Below, one piece after another: positions 9,188-19,884 of a stretch of DNA of 64,000 bases. The position numbers and the translations under genes were made by a program. The stretch is taken from NCBI GenBank assembly GCA_039096225.1, contig JBBPEB010000002.1, positions 62,001-126,000 on the forward strand, in the 5' to 3' direction. Numbering within the stretch: position 1 is the first letter of the stretch; every line of letters starts with the position of its first letter. The notes below the pieces were generated by a model. It was not told where the DNA came from and did not search any database. It saw only the letters and a program-made list of their open reading frames with translations. The stretch is from Blastocystis sp. Blastoise (lineage: Eukaryota > Protista > Bigyra: Opalinata).

Positions 9188-11623
9188 ATGGAACTTGATG
9201 ATGATAATTATGAAGAACAGACTTCATTAGAAGAGAAGGATACTCGTATTAAAACACATGTAGTCCCTATTGATGTTCGTTGTATTGATAATCAATTCAA
9301 TATACATTTATCGAATTCTATTGATATCACTAAAAATATCATTTCTTATATTGATCTTAATTTAATTGGTAGTGAAAGTGTGCCTCTATTTGATACTTTC
9401 ACAAAAACACAAATATTCAAATATATAAATACTCGTGTCAATGGTAATAGTTCCGTATATACAATCACTTTAGATCAGAAAAATTATTCCATTCCACAAT
9501 TATTAGAACAATGTCATTTTGATGTATGTGATAGGCCATTAATAAAAGATTCTCCTGATATTGATCCCACTGTCAAAATTAATGAAGCCCCAACAATAAC
9601 CATTGATAGAGATGATTGGTATTGTGAAATTACAATTTATAATAAAAGACGTGGTTTTTACTTTCCAAAAGGTACTTATACGGATATAGAGTTTTGGTGG
9701 ATAGCTGTATGTTGTGTATCAGCTAAATGGGGTGATAAATTTAATCGTTTAATGATGAGATATGATGATGATACTATAACCATATATCGACCTCAATTAA
9801 CTTCTTATAATGTTCCTGTTACATCAACAGGAATCTATGAATTGAATGAATTCTTTACTGATGGTGTGAGTGATCATTCAAGTTATATTGTTCCAACACA
9901 AGGTTCTAATGGAATTATGAAATGTGTATTAGCTGATGAACATAAATTTTATTTCCAATGGTCAAGTAATAATATACTCAGTTTAGAAAAACAATTATTC
10001 ACTGGCTTATTTGAAGATTCAGAAACATTGACATATACTTCACTTCAAGAGGAAATTACATTAAATAGAATTAAAAGAACAGTCTTTGTGGAAGATGGAT
10101 ATAATACAATGATTGTTCGACAATTGAGTGGTTATGATGGTGTTCATGAAACTACATTCACTGTTCCTCCTGGAAATTACACAGAAAACGAATTCTATGA
10201 ATTATTAGAAAGTTCAATCAATAATTCAATTTATACGGATTATTTAAGTATATCCAAAGATGCTCAGACTATGGACAATAAGGATGGATATATAATATAT
10301 TTATCTTGTAAAGGTACTGATTCTACGTCATTCACATTTACAGCTACAGATATAGAACATTCATTATTTAAGTATCGTGGTGCTCTACATAATATACGTC
10401 CTGATCTGGTTTATGATGAACAAGGATGTTTTGCTTGGTATGTATCTTATGGTAAACAATTAATACCAGACAAAATAGCTGATTTGAATACACTTGATTT
10501 AGATGGTAATTATAAGTGTTATACTGATAGTTATCATATAGATTTCTCTCAAGCTCAAGAATTAGGTGAAATCCTAGGATATAATAAATTAGGTCATGAT
10601 GAAATTATTAATTATGGTATTCATAATATTGATAGTAGTCGTCCAAAAGGAATGCTAATAGCTCAATCGAATATAGTAGATAATAGTCAGAATTCTTTAT
10701 ATTCATTCAATGTGAATAATTATAAAGGCAATAATGAATTTCATGATATTATGAATATTAATGTGTCTCCTTATTTAAATACAATACAAGATATTACAAT
10801 ACGATATACTGATAAAAATAAACAATATGTGAATTTCAATGATAATTGTATTTTAAGAGGATTCTTAGAATTCTCAGATACAGTCGATACGATTCAACCT
10901 AGTGAAACCATTAAGAAATTATGTTTGAATTGTTTAACAGCAGACACACAATTCTATGCTGAATATCCTACATTGAATATCCAGAATAAGATCTTGAAAG
11001 ATATTATTATTCAGAATGATACTGATACGATCCAAACAAATGCATCTAAATTATGTACTGGATATATAAATGGATCATATTATCCTACATTTAGTTTTCC
11101 TTTATCTGATAAATATGTTACTTATAGTAATATAAATTCTCCAATCACAATTGATCATCATATAGATTTAAGATTTGATGAATTATTCAAAGGAAATATA
11201 ATTTGTAATATATGTGAACCGAATGGTAGTGATATACGTTTCAAAGCTTATGATGAAGTATATTGTGATTTTAGTACAAGTAAGAATCTAATTTATGAAT
11301 TGAAGAAAACCAATGTGTATGGATATCAATACTTAACGAATATACAAATTATATCAGTGTATGGTCAATCCACTGATTACTTATATCCTATTTCATTAAG
11401 ATGTTTTACTAATGAATATGAGAATAATATTCATGTTATAGATACTACAAATCTACATTATTACTATTCGAATGGTATTAAATATGAAGGTATATCAAAT
11501 AAGATCAATAAGAATGTTTACTATTGTAATCGTAAATTATTAAAGTTATTACCTCATGATAATATGTTCTTTATTACTTGTGATTATCCTTGTGTTGTTT
11601 TATTAACTATCTCTTATATATAA
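9188..11623 (+). CDS. Large penton-like / receptor-binding minor capsid protein with repeated insertion domains
   Basis: 811 aa. Three copies of the penton insertion motif (TLDQKNYSIPQL, FPKGTYTDIEF, VPPGNYTENEF), penton C-terminal motif IQDITIRYTDKNKQYVNF, then a ~250 aa beta-rich extension. Confidence 0.6.
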   Translation: MELDDDNYEEQTSLEEKDTRIKTHVVPIDVRCIDNQFNIHLSNSIDITKNIISYIDLNLIGSESVPLFDTFTKTQIFKYINTRVNGNSSVYTITLDQKNYSIPQLLEQCHFDVCDRPLIKDSPDIDPTVKINEAPTITIDRDDWYCEITIYNKRRGFYFPKGTYTDIEFWWIAVCCVSAKWGDKFNRLMMRYDDDTITIYRPQLTSYNVPVTSTGIYELNEFFTDGVSDHSSYIVPTQGSNGIMKCVLADEHKFYFQWSSNNILSLEKQLFTGLFEDSETLTYTSLQEEITLNRIKRTVFVEDGYNTMIVRQLSGYDGVHETTFTVPPGNYTENEFYELLESSINNSIYTDYLSISKDAQTMDNKDGYIIYLSCKGTDSTSFTFTATDIEHSLFKYRGALHNIRPDLVYDEQGCFAWYVSYGKQLIPDKIADLNTLDLDGNYKCYTDSYHIDFSQAQELGEILGYNKLGHDEIINYGIHNIDSSRPKGMLIAQSNIVDNSQNSLYSFNVNNYKGNNEFHDIMNINVSPYLNTIQDITIRYTDKNKQYVNFNDNCILRGFLEFSDTVDTIQPSETIKKLCLNCLTADTQFYAEYPTLNIQNKILKDIIIQNDTDTIQTNASKLCTGYINGSYYPTFSFPLSDKYVTYSNINSPITIDHHIDLRFDELFKGNIICNICEPNGSDIRFKAYDEVYCDFSTSKNLIYELKKTNVYGYQYLTNIQIISVYGQSTDYLYPISLRCFTNEYENNIHVIDTTNLHYYYSNGIKYEGISNKINKNVYYCNRKLLKLLPHDNMFFITCDYPCVVLLTISYI

Positions 11624-11692
11624 ATATTTTAATTCATTTCATTTAAATTAAAAAATGTTTTGTTATATTATTCATTTAAAAATTATTAAAAA

Positions 11693-12115
11693 ATGGAGCC
11701 TAAATCTGTATCTGAATCCTTACATTCTTTATCAAGTACAAGTTCAACAAGTTCAGATAGTTCAACAACAACCACATTATCCGAAGAAGAAATAGAAAAG
11801 AAAAATACTTTATTAGAATTTATTATAAAAGCTATAAAATGTTTATTTGAGAAATCAACTGAATTCTTTCAATTAATTGTTAAAAATATAGATATTCATT
11901 GTAATTGTTGTAATCCACAAACAAAGAAAGTCTATTATAAGACAATGAAAATACAACAAACGATTATAGAAGAAGAAGTCAAACATATATCAGAAGTCTT
12001 GAATGAATTAGAAGAAATTGATTCTAATCAAAATGAATCAATACAAGAATTAGCTGTTCAATTAATGAAATTAAATATAAGTGTTGATTCTATTGTTCAA
12101 TCTCTTCATTTATAA
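11693..12115 (+). CDS. Hypothetical viral protein (Ser/Thr-rich N-terminus, CNCCNP, coiled coil)
   Basis: 140 aa ORF followed by TTGTTTTGTT at 12150. Confidence 0.7.
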   Translation: MEPKSVSESLHSLSSTSSTSSDSSTTTTLSEEEIEKKNTLLEFIIKAIKCLFEKSTEFFQLIVKNIDIHCNCCNPQTKKVYYKTMKIQQTIIEEEVKHISEVLNELEEIDSNQNESIQELAVQLMKLNISVDSIVQSLHL

Positions 12116-12182
12116 TTCTATGAAATGTTATAAAATATTAATAATAAATTTGTTTTGTTTATAAATAATTTAATTTTTAATA

Positions 12183-13979
12183 ATGCAATCAACAGGTTAT
12201 TCAGATAAAGATTGTGAAGAATTCTTTACAAATTGTATAGATCAATTATTACATTGGAAGAAAATACAATTATCAACAAGTATAAATTGGAAGAAATGGA
12301 TAAAGACAATATGTAAGAAATTTCGTAATGAAGAACGAATTCAAATAGATGATATGGAAGAACCATTCTTTTGTGTAGAAGTGTTAACAGATCCATTTCA
12401 ATTTCAAAATGTTATGCAACATACACAAACAGAAGCTCCTGGACAACAAGGTGGATTATCCAATACTACTGTAGCTAATTATATGCAAATGATTACTTAT
12501 ATAATGAAGAATATATCTATTTGTACAGATGATGAAGATATCATTAATTATAAAGCATTTACTCCACAAAATATAAAGAAATGGGAACATTTATGGGGTT
12601 CTTTACAAATTGATGCTACTTATTCAAGACATTATGAAATCACTCAGAAAATTATTAATTGTGAAGCTGATTGGGGAGAAATCATTAATATCACCAAAAA
12701 GAATTATTTAGAAAATCCTAATGATTTATATTATGTGAATAGTTATTTATTAGTTTTAACTTATGATACATTATGTGCTCGTAATGATTATAATGATTGT
12801 GTAATCTATACTCGTGGTCAACAAATTCCTTTATCCTTAAGAAGAACAACCAATTATATTGATTTAAATACTTTGACTATTCATGTAAATGATACAAAGA
12901 ATCGATTTGAAATTGGTAAGAATGAATATCCTACTTATCAGTATTTATCAGAAGAATATTTAAATGTCTTAGCTAGATCCTTACGTTTATTTCCAAGACA
13001 TTATTTATTTGTTACTGAGAATGGTGGTAAAGTACGTGATTTGAAATTTGGTGATGAATATATAAAACCTCATTTAGGCTGGATTTATAAAACACAACAG
13101 AATAATACTTTAATTAATGGTTGTGATATTATAAGACATTTATTTGCTCAATATTATTATAGATTATCAAGAGAAGCACAATTCCAACATAATGATTCAG
13201 AACATGAATCTAAAGGTGTAGAACTCTTTGAAAATTCGATTATGAAGATGTTACATAGTCAATCAACACATATGGAAAATTATATATCTCCTTATTTATC
13301 TTCTCATTCAACTAAATTGCAAGATTTAGATAATAAAACAAGAACATTTCATATTGATATGAATAATATTACTTATACAAGAGAAATTAATCAATTGAAT
13401 AAATTATTATTTTTATGTAAACGATTTAATGATCGTATAGAACAATATGAAGAAGACTATGAAGATGTATTTGGTAAAGAGAATTTCAATATGAAATCAG
13501 AATCGATATTAAGTAGTCTAGAACAATATTCATCAGATAATGATACTATAATGATTACATTAAGATATTATAAAGATCTATTAAAGCATCATTATCCAGA
13601 TAAAACAGATTTAGAAAATGAATTACCTGTAGGATGTACATTAGAATCTGAAGAAGTTCCAGAGAATTCTAGAGATCGTTATAATCGTTTTATACGTAAT
13701 AAACAATTATTACCTGATCATTTACATAATAATACAACAGATTCAGAATTAACGAATACTCAAGCATCTCTTATGCAACAAAATACTCAAGATGAAAACT
13801 CTACACCTATAGTTATGAATAATTCAGATACTTATGCATTACGTAGTCTTTCTACTATGCCTCCTTTAGAGCCTATTCATCGGGGTCATGGTTTATTGAA
13901 AAAACATAAAGGTAATGCATTCTTTAAAGTCAAAGTCCCTAAAAAGCATTTTCATGGAATTCAATTTAAATTTTATTAA
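12183..13979 (+). CDS. Tyrosine recombinase 1 with long C-terminal extension
   Basis: Catalytic pattern R (LCARNDY), K (NDTKN), xxxR (DIIRHLF), H and Y (MLHSQSTHMENY); collinear with 22671..23606. Confidence 0.75.
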   Translation: MQSTGYSDKDCEEFFTNCIDQLLHWKKIQLSTSINWKKWIKTICKKFRNEERIQIDDMEEPFFCVEVLTDPFQFQNVMQHTQTEAPGQQGGLSNTTVANYMQMITYIMKNISICTDDEDIINYKAFTPQNIKKWEHLWGSLQIDATYSRHYEITQKIINCEADWGEIINITKKNYLENPNDLYYVNSYLLVLTYDTLCARNDYNDCVIYTRGQQIPLSLRRTTNYIDLNTLTIHVNDTKNRFEIGKNEYPTYQYLSEEYLNVLARSLRLFPRHYLFVTENGGKVRDLKFGDEYIKPHLGWIYKTQQNNTLINGCDIIRHLFAQYYYRLSREAQFQHNDSEHESKGVELFENSIMKMLHSQSTHMENYISPYLSSHSTKLQDLDNKTRTFHIDMNNITYTREINQLNKLLFLCKRFNDRIEQYEEDYEDVFGKENFNMKSESILSSLEQYSSDNDTIMITLRYYKDLLKHHYPDKTDLENELPVGCTLESEEVPENSRDRYNRFIRNKQLLPDHLHNNTTDSELTNTQASLMQQNTQDENSTPIVMNNSDTYALRSLSTMPPLEPIHRGHGLLKKHKGNAFFKVKVPKKHFHGIQFKFY

Positions 13980-14023
13980 TTTTAAAACAAAACAACTTTT
14001 TATAATAAAAAATAAATATATAT

Positions 14024-17000
14024 TTAATTTGGTATAGCATATAAAGTATTATCTATTAAAATTCGTTTTGTTGATGACGTATTATGATATTGATCTTCAC
14101 TATAAACAATTTCTTCTTTCTTAGATAAACAATTGGATAAACAGAATAAATCTGTATCCACACATTCATTATAAGTATTATCAATCATTAAACCACAAAT
14201 ACCAATAGCATTCCCCCCCTTATAGAAATTTGAAGTATGTTTTCTATGAATATTCACAATATCTATAGAATTAAATGTATCTTTACTACTTAAACAACCA
14301 AATAAAGCATTTGTAAATTTATCTAAATCTTTCTTAATCGTAAATTGATTATTATTATTCACTTTCTTATAACTATTAAAAATATCTTCAATAGTAACTA
14401 CATTCAAATAATAAGGATCTATAGTAATATGGTTATCAACAAAAGATTTCAAATCATATCCTTCTGTACTACGATCAAAGAATCGTTTCTTACATTCACT
14501 TATATGATATTCATTATCTAATTCATGCATATCTAATTGCATACTAGAATAGAAATAATTACTTACTAGATAACTAAAGATAATTGAACGATTCTGATAG
14601 AATTTATCGGATAGAGTATAATCCATTTCATAATGATTTGGTTTCAATCTCTTTTCTACTGTCTGTTTACGTTTAGGTAAATTATGATCTACATAATCTT
14701 CATATAAATTAGCATTACCAGGAGGGAAATAACGACAACATGATGGTAAGAAACAGACTCTTCTTTCAATAGGACCAGCATTCACAGCAGTAGGTTGGAT
14801 ATTACTTGTCATAAATAAAGTACCCGTGAAATGAACTTTTGTAAATATATTACTGAATAATTTACGAGCACTAGCACCTTCTTTCTTTTCTGCTATTTCT
14901 TTAAAGACTTTAGAAGAGAATGGATTGAATGTTTTCTTTCTACCAGTAACATCTTCTTCTATTAATTCATTCATATAATACATAGTCTTATTAGACATAT
15001 CTACAATCTTAGGAGCTATAGATGTTTCTTCTAAATTATCTGGATTTACTATAATACATTGATTACTACCTACAATACGAGAAATTAAATCAGTTGTTAT
15101 TGTTTTACCATTACTACCTGTACTACCATATAATATATAAGAAACTGTTTTCTGAGTATTGACATAGAAAGCAGTGGTTAAGATACGTAACATAATACTT
15201 TCATATTTCTTATCGAATTCACAATATCTTGCAATATGTTGTTCAAATAATTGGATAATATCTTTCTGTTCATTATTAATATTCCAACTTACATTAAATT
15301 CAGTATCAATTAATAAATCTTCAAACACCATATCTTCTTTATGATATGGTTGGATATAATATTGTCTAGGATCTTCTTCTGTAGATTCTTTTGGATATAA
15401 ATAACCAAGTTGTGTATAGATAACACGTTCTTTATGAACCATATACGTATCTAAATATTCTTTATAAGATTTACCATAAGTCTTCAAATAACGATTCAAC
15501 CATTCTTTATAATGATATTCATTAGTAACAGAAGCAGACATTATTTTATCAACTATTTTTTGATGTTGTTCATTCTCTTTGGAATATAATCTTGATAATT
15601 TGAATTTCTCTACAATTGATTTCATAAATGTAGTTATTTTGGTTTCAAAGAAATTAATATCATAATTATTCTTACAACGTCTTAAGATATTATATTCATC
15701 AAATGTATATAAGATAAAATTATCTTTATCTAATATAATAGAAACAATTTCATTAAATTCTAATAATTGAAATAACATAACTAATGTTTGTGAATCTACA
15801 AGATTAAAGGATTGAATACATTCTAAAATAGACATAAATATGAAATCATTATCATCATCTTTATTAAATAATTTATTATCCATTAATATCTTCAAAATAT
15901 AATTATTCGATAAATGAGTAGGATCAACTTGTATATGATTCCATGTAGATTCAATTACATCATCACTTCGATCATGACCATAACGTAATGAATAATTTTT
16001 AAATAATTCTAATCCTCTTGTTGTATTACAAATCTGTTTTGCTGCACAACATAATTTATACCAAGTATTATGAGATTCAAAATAATTCATATCTTCAATA
16101 GAACCAATCAATAATAAATATCGTTCTAATAAAGCTTCTTTAGATGCTGTAGTATCCAATATAGTATCTGTAGAAATCAACATAGGAATATCTTTAATAT
16201 CTTGTATAGAACATAATATAGTACGTGAACAATTATTTAATCTTGCATAATAACGTTTATAACGTGAATATTGTTTTAATTTATAAAAAATAATAGGATT
16301 AATAATATCACTTATAATATCATCTTCATTCTTATAATTCAATAATGTTTTGAAATAATAATGTTCATCGATTTCATCATCTATTTTCTTCCATGTTTTA
16401 TTGGTATATTCTTCATATAATTTATAAGTAGATGGAGAATTATCTTTACTACAACCAAGAAACATACAACCATTATTCTTTCTGGGTTTACCAATAACAT
16501 TATAATCAATGAATTCTTTTATATCTAAATTATATGTTTTACATAAATCAACCAATTTGGTATTCAGAATCATACTATTATATAAGAAAAATAAATAATC
16601 ACCATTTACAAACCAATTTGTATATATATGAATTCCCCATGAATAATGTATTTCATTATGAACTGTCTTCTTATTCACTTCTTTCTTTGTATACAGAAGC
16701 GAAATAAATTCTTGATTATAATAATGAATACAATGATTACACATTTCTTCTATAAATTCATGAATAAAAGAATCTGTTAGAAAAGAAAAATCATTTGATA
16801 TTTGGTGATAATCTAAATCAAACCATAATCTTCTATAATTAGTTGATGTATTACAAGGAGTACAATCAATATAATGTAATAATTCTTTTGGATTTTGGTA
16901 ATTAGTAAATAGACTTTTATAAAATGGTAATGGATTTGGTATAATAATTTCACTATGATTATCTTTTGAATTATCATGATTAAAGGAACCAAAAGTATAA

Positions 17001-17026
17001 ACAAAATGAATTTGTGAATTTTCCAT
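14024..17026 (-). CDS. AEP primase - PriCT-2 - superfamily 3 helicase (D5-like)
   Basis: AEP motifs WFDLD, WGIHIY, FIDYNV; PriCT-2-like TWYKLCCAAK...GLELF; SF3 Walker A GSTGSNGKT, Walker B YMNE, motif C MTSN, arginine finger IERR. First ATG at 17026 (the track start is TTG). Confidence 0.88.
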   Translation of the reverse strand: MENSQIHFVYTFGSFNHDNSKDNHSEIIIPNPLPFYKSLFTNYQNPKELLHYIDCTPCNTSTNYRRLWFDLDYHQISNDFSFLTDSFIHEFIEEMCNHCIHYYNQEFISLLYTKKEVNKKTVHNEIHYSWGIHIYTNWFVNGDYLFFLYNSMILNTKLVDLCKTYNLDIKEFIDYNVIGKPRKNNGCMFLGCSKDNSPSTYKLYEEYTNKTWKKIDDEIDEHYYFKTLLNYKNEDDIISDIINPIIFYKLKQYSRYKRYYARLNNCSRTILCSIQDIKDIPMLISTDTILDTTASKEALLERYLLLIGSIEDMNYFESHNTWYKLCCAAKQICNTTRGLELFKNYSLRYGHDRSDDVIESTWNHIQVDPTHLSNNYILKILMDNKLFNKDDDNDFIFMSILECIQSFNLVDSQTLVMLFQLLEFNEIVSIILDKDNFILYTFDEYNILRRCKNNYDINFFETKITTFMKSIVEKFKLSRLYSKENEQHQKIVDKIMSASVTNEYHYKEWLNRYLKTYGKSYKEYLDTYMVHKERVIYTQLGYLYPKESTEEDPRQYYIQPYHKEDMVFEDLLIDTEFNVSWNINNEQKDIIQLFEQHIARYCEFDKKYESIMLRILTTAFYVNTQKTVSYILYGSTGSNGKTITTDLISRIVGSNQCIIVNPDNLEETSIAPKIVDMSNKTMYYMNELIEEDVTGRKKTFNPFSSKVFKEIAEKKEGASARKLFSNIFTKVHFTGTLFMTSNIQPTAVNAGPIERRVCFLPSCCRYFPPGNANLYEDYVDHNLPKRKQTVEKRLKPNHYEMDYTLSDKFYQNRSIIFSYLVSNYFYSSMQLDMHELDNEYHISECKKRFFDRSTEGYDLKSFVDNHITIDPYYLNVVTIEDIFNSYKKVNNNNQFTIKKDLDKFTNALFGCLSSKDTFNSIDIVNIHRKHTSNFYKGGNAIGICGLMIDNTYNECVDTDLFCLSNCLSKKEEIVYSEDQYHNTSSTKRILIDNTLYAIPN

Positions 17027-17112
17027 GATTATTTGACTTATAAATAATGAAAATAAATATGGTATAAAATTCAAAACAAATAATATATTAAAGATTCTAG
17101 AAGTCAGTTTTA

Positions 17113-17232
17113 GAAGCTTCTAGAACATTCAAGAACATTCTAGAACATTCTATAATAGTAAATATTACTTTATATTTTTAAATGTTCTAGAACCTTCGAG
17201 AACATTCTAGAACCTTCTAGAACCTTCTAGAA
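17113..17232. promoter_or_regulatory. Two HSE-like arrays (8 units at 17113-17150; 10 units at 17185-17232)
   Basis: GAAgcTTCtaGAAcaTTCaaGAAcaTTCtaGAAcaTTC and TTCtaGAAccTTCgaGAAcaTTCtaGAAccTTCtaGAAccTTCtaGAA, upstream of the primase-helicase. Confidence 0.78.
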
Positions 17233-17342
17233 CATCCTTTTTATACTTTAGTGTTTTAAATGTATATACAATAAACAAAACAATTTTCAATGATTTTTTA
17301 CAAGTTTATAAGTAAAAATAGAAAAATAAACAAGAAAAATAA

Positions 17343-17966
17343 TTAAATTTCAATTGGTTCTTGACTATTAATATATGTACATGAATGAGGCCATCCATTC
17401 TTATCATATAAAATACCATCCCAGAAATACATTTGTTTTGAAGGATCTCTTTTAATCTTGTTAATACTCTTAGCATGAACAACTTCATAAGTATAAACTT
17501 TACCTTTTTCATCATAAAGAAATCCATCTTCCATATGGAATTTCATAATATCAAAATCATCATCTTTAGAATTCGAATGTTCTTTAGAATCTTCAGAACA
17601 TAAAATAGTAGTTCTATCACTTTCTAAAAGATCTTCAGTATTAATAATATCTTGAATATCTTGTTCTTCATTAAGTTGTTGAGTATAAATATCAGCAGCG
17701 AATTCTTCATAATCTTCAAGACCTTTAATAACCGCGTTTATACGTTTTAAAGCTGATCTATAGTTTTCGACTTCGAAAGAAGCAAGACGTTCTTTAGATT
17801 TTGCAATACCCAATAGATTCTTTTCTCTATTCAATTGAGACTGATGTAAATCAATATCACGAAGAACATTCTTATGAACTTCAACAGCCTTCTTAGAATT
17901 CTTAAGAAGTTCCATACGAACAGTTTGAAGACATTTACGGGAATCAGCAGAAAGATTAAATTGCAT
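17343..17966 (-). CDS. Hypothetical viral coiled-coil protein
   Basis: ORF with first ATG at 17966 (MQFNLS...), heptad-rich N-half; 3' motif at 17274-17283. Confidence 0.7.
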   Translation of the reverse strand: MQFNLSADSRKCLQTVRMELLKNSKKAVEVHKNVLRDIDLHQSQLNREKNLLGIAKSKERLASFEVENYRSALKRINAVIKGLEDYEEFAADIYTQQLNEEQDIQDIINTEDLLESDRTTILCSEDSKEHSNSKDDDFDIMKFHMEDGFLYDEKGKVYTYEVVHAKSINKIKRDPSKQMYFWDGILYDKNGWPHSCTYINSQEPIEI

Positions 17967-18077
17967 TATAATCGCGAATATCGTTACAGAGAGAAAATTT
18001 GTATTTATCAAAATGAAATAAATAATACATTTAAATGGAATATTAAATATTCTAGGAGACAGTGTAGAATCTCTATG

Positions 18078-18095
18078 GAATGTTCTAGAAGGTTC
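18078..18095. promoter_or_regulatory. HSE-like array (4 units) in a divergent promoter region that also has three ATTGG (CCAAT) boxes
   Basis: GAAtgTTCtaGAAggTTC; ATTGG at ~18101, ~18174 and ~18244. Confidence 0.55.
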
Positions 18096-18364
18096 ATTTG
18101 ATTGGCTAATTTTGTCGACTTAGCATTTTTTATTTGTGTTTCAATGACGAGTATAGTTGGCATCTGTAATCTGATTGGATAAAAAAATTAGTAAAACACA
18201 ATTAGACGATGACGACGATGTGTCATACGAAATAAGTTATTTTATTGGCTTATTTTCCAGCTGGAAGCAATAGGCTTTTGTTAGCAACTGAAATGAAGAA
18301 CTGTACACTAAAAATAGTATATTTAATATATTGTATAAAAATACTTTTGAAGGTTTAAATAATC

Positions 18365-18892
18365 ATGGAAATTCCTGATAGTCTTTCTGCCAGTTTATCC
18401 CCTTTCGGTCAAGCCATGATATCCCCCTTGTTGAATCCATTTGAAAATAGTGTTTCTGCAAATCCTATGGCTTTACCCAATGAAGATGATTTCCGTTTTA
18501 ATTCGCGTGACGAAATCATGTTTGAAGATCCACCTCAAGAAATTCATCCAATCAATGATGTTTACGTATCTAAAAATCCAGATAGATATCATTCCGTTAA
18601 CAATCAACCAATACAATTTCAAGATCAAGTAAATACAAATCCTGATAAGCAAGCATTATTATTTACAAATGAGGAGTTAACAAATATATCCAGTCAATTC
18701 GAATCTTTATTTCAAACTATTGAAACAGCTGATAATATATTAAATGGTATTTATTGTACTGTTGATCATTTAAAAACAAAGATTGAAAGTCAGAAACAAG
18801 ATTTGAAACAGATTCATGATGATTCTAAAGAAATTGTTTCATTATTATCCGAATATTCTATTCCTTCTATGTCTGAAATATTTGATCATTAA
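18365..18892 (+). CDS. Hypothetical viral protein (acidic/Pro-rich N-half, coiled-coil C-half)
   Basis: 175 aa ORF followed by TTGTTTTGTT at 18916. Confidence 0.7.
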   Translation: MEIPDSLSASLSPFGQAMISPLLNPFENSVSANPMALPNEDDFRFNSRDEIMFEDPPQEIHPINDVYVSKNPDRYHSVNNQPIQFQDQVNTNPDKQALLFTNEELTNISSQFESLFQTIETADNILNGIYCTVDHLKTKIESQKQDLKQIHDDSKEIVSLLSEYSIPSMSEIFDH

Positions 18893-19091
18893 TTATTTTT
18901 ATTTAATTAATTATTTTGTTTTGTTTATTTTTTTTTAAATTAATTACACAAAGTTTAAATGGAGAATAGAATAGTTTCAAATAGAATTCTTGAATGGTCT
19001 AATGGATCTATTAAAGAAATATGTAACCACAGTATCATGGTTCGATTCCGTTAAAATGTTTCCATTAGATTATTCAAGTGTTCTTTTTTTT

Positions 19092-19139
19092 TTCTAGAAC
19101 CTTCTCGAACCTTCTAGAACCTTCTAGAACCTTCTCGAA
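19092..19139. promoter_or_regulatory. HSE-like array, 10 units
   Basis: TTCtaGAAccTTCtcGAAccTTCtaGAAccTTCtaGAAccTTCtcGAA, 77 bp upstream of ATG 19217. Confidence 0.78.
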
Positions 19140-19216
19140 AATTGATTCATTTGAAAAGAATATCGTAAAATATTAGTATTAAAATACTTATATTTTTACT
19201 AAATACTTAACTAAAA

Positions 19217-19810
19217 ATGTCTACAACTGAATTTAAAAAACCTACTATTCTTGATACTTCTAACTTTAATTTACAATGGGATGACACCAAAGAAAATGCT
19301 GTTCTTTTAAATAATAATCATCGTGTATGTATTTCTACTGATGCCACACCATGTTTATTTGGTTATATTGTTACACGTGATAAATGGACTTTATTAACAA
19401 TTGAAGATGATAATCAAGTATTCTTAACTGCTTATAAAGAACTTTATCGTAAATTATGTGAATTATGTCCTGATGGTGATATTGTTAATTTTGTACGTAT
19501 GGATAATGGTAAATATAAGATTACAATTAAAGTACCTATTAATGCATCGAAGAATGTTACTATTGATATCACTGATAAAAGAGATAAGAAGATTAATATC
19601 GGTAAAGATCCTAAGTTAACTTACGAAGAAATACGTGAAAAGTATATTCCACCAAATACGTTATGTAAAGTATTATTTACAATACATGGTATTCATCGTT
19701 ATAATAACAAGTATTATATTGGTTTATATGCTCGTTCTATTAAAGTCATCGATAAATCTACGAAGAATACTAATAGTAATGATACTATTATTGATTTAAC
19801 TAATTTATAA
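19217..19810 (+). CDS. Putative OB-fold single-stranded DNA-binding protein (NCLDV / T7 gp2.5-like)
   Basis: 197 aa. ISTDATPCLFG and IPPNTLCKVLFTIHGI...YYIGLYARSIKV resemble viral SSB strands; replication-module context. Confidence 0.55.
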   Translation: MSTTEFKKPTILDTSNFNLQWDDTKENAVLLNNNHRVCISTDATPCLFGYIVTRDKWTLLTIEDDNQVFLTAYKELYRKLCELCPDGDIVNFVRMDNGKYKITIKVPINASKNVTIDITDKRDKKINIGKDPKLTYEEIREKYIPPNTLCKVLFTIHGIHRYNNKYYIGLYARSIKVIDKSTKNTNSNDTIIDLTNL

Positions 19811-19884
19811 ATTTTTAATGTTAAATTTATTTTTTATTAATATATTTGTTTTGTTTATAAATAATTTTATAATTGAAATAAAAA

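Noticed and set aside
17113-19139. 10-bp periodic repeats as CRISPR array or simple satellite
   Set aside because: No unique spacers or cas genes, and the context is eukaryotic. Variable 2-bp spacers and promoter-restricted positions argue against a neutral satellite.
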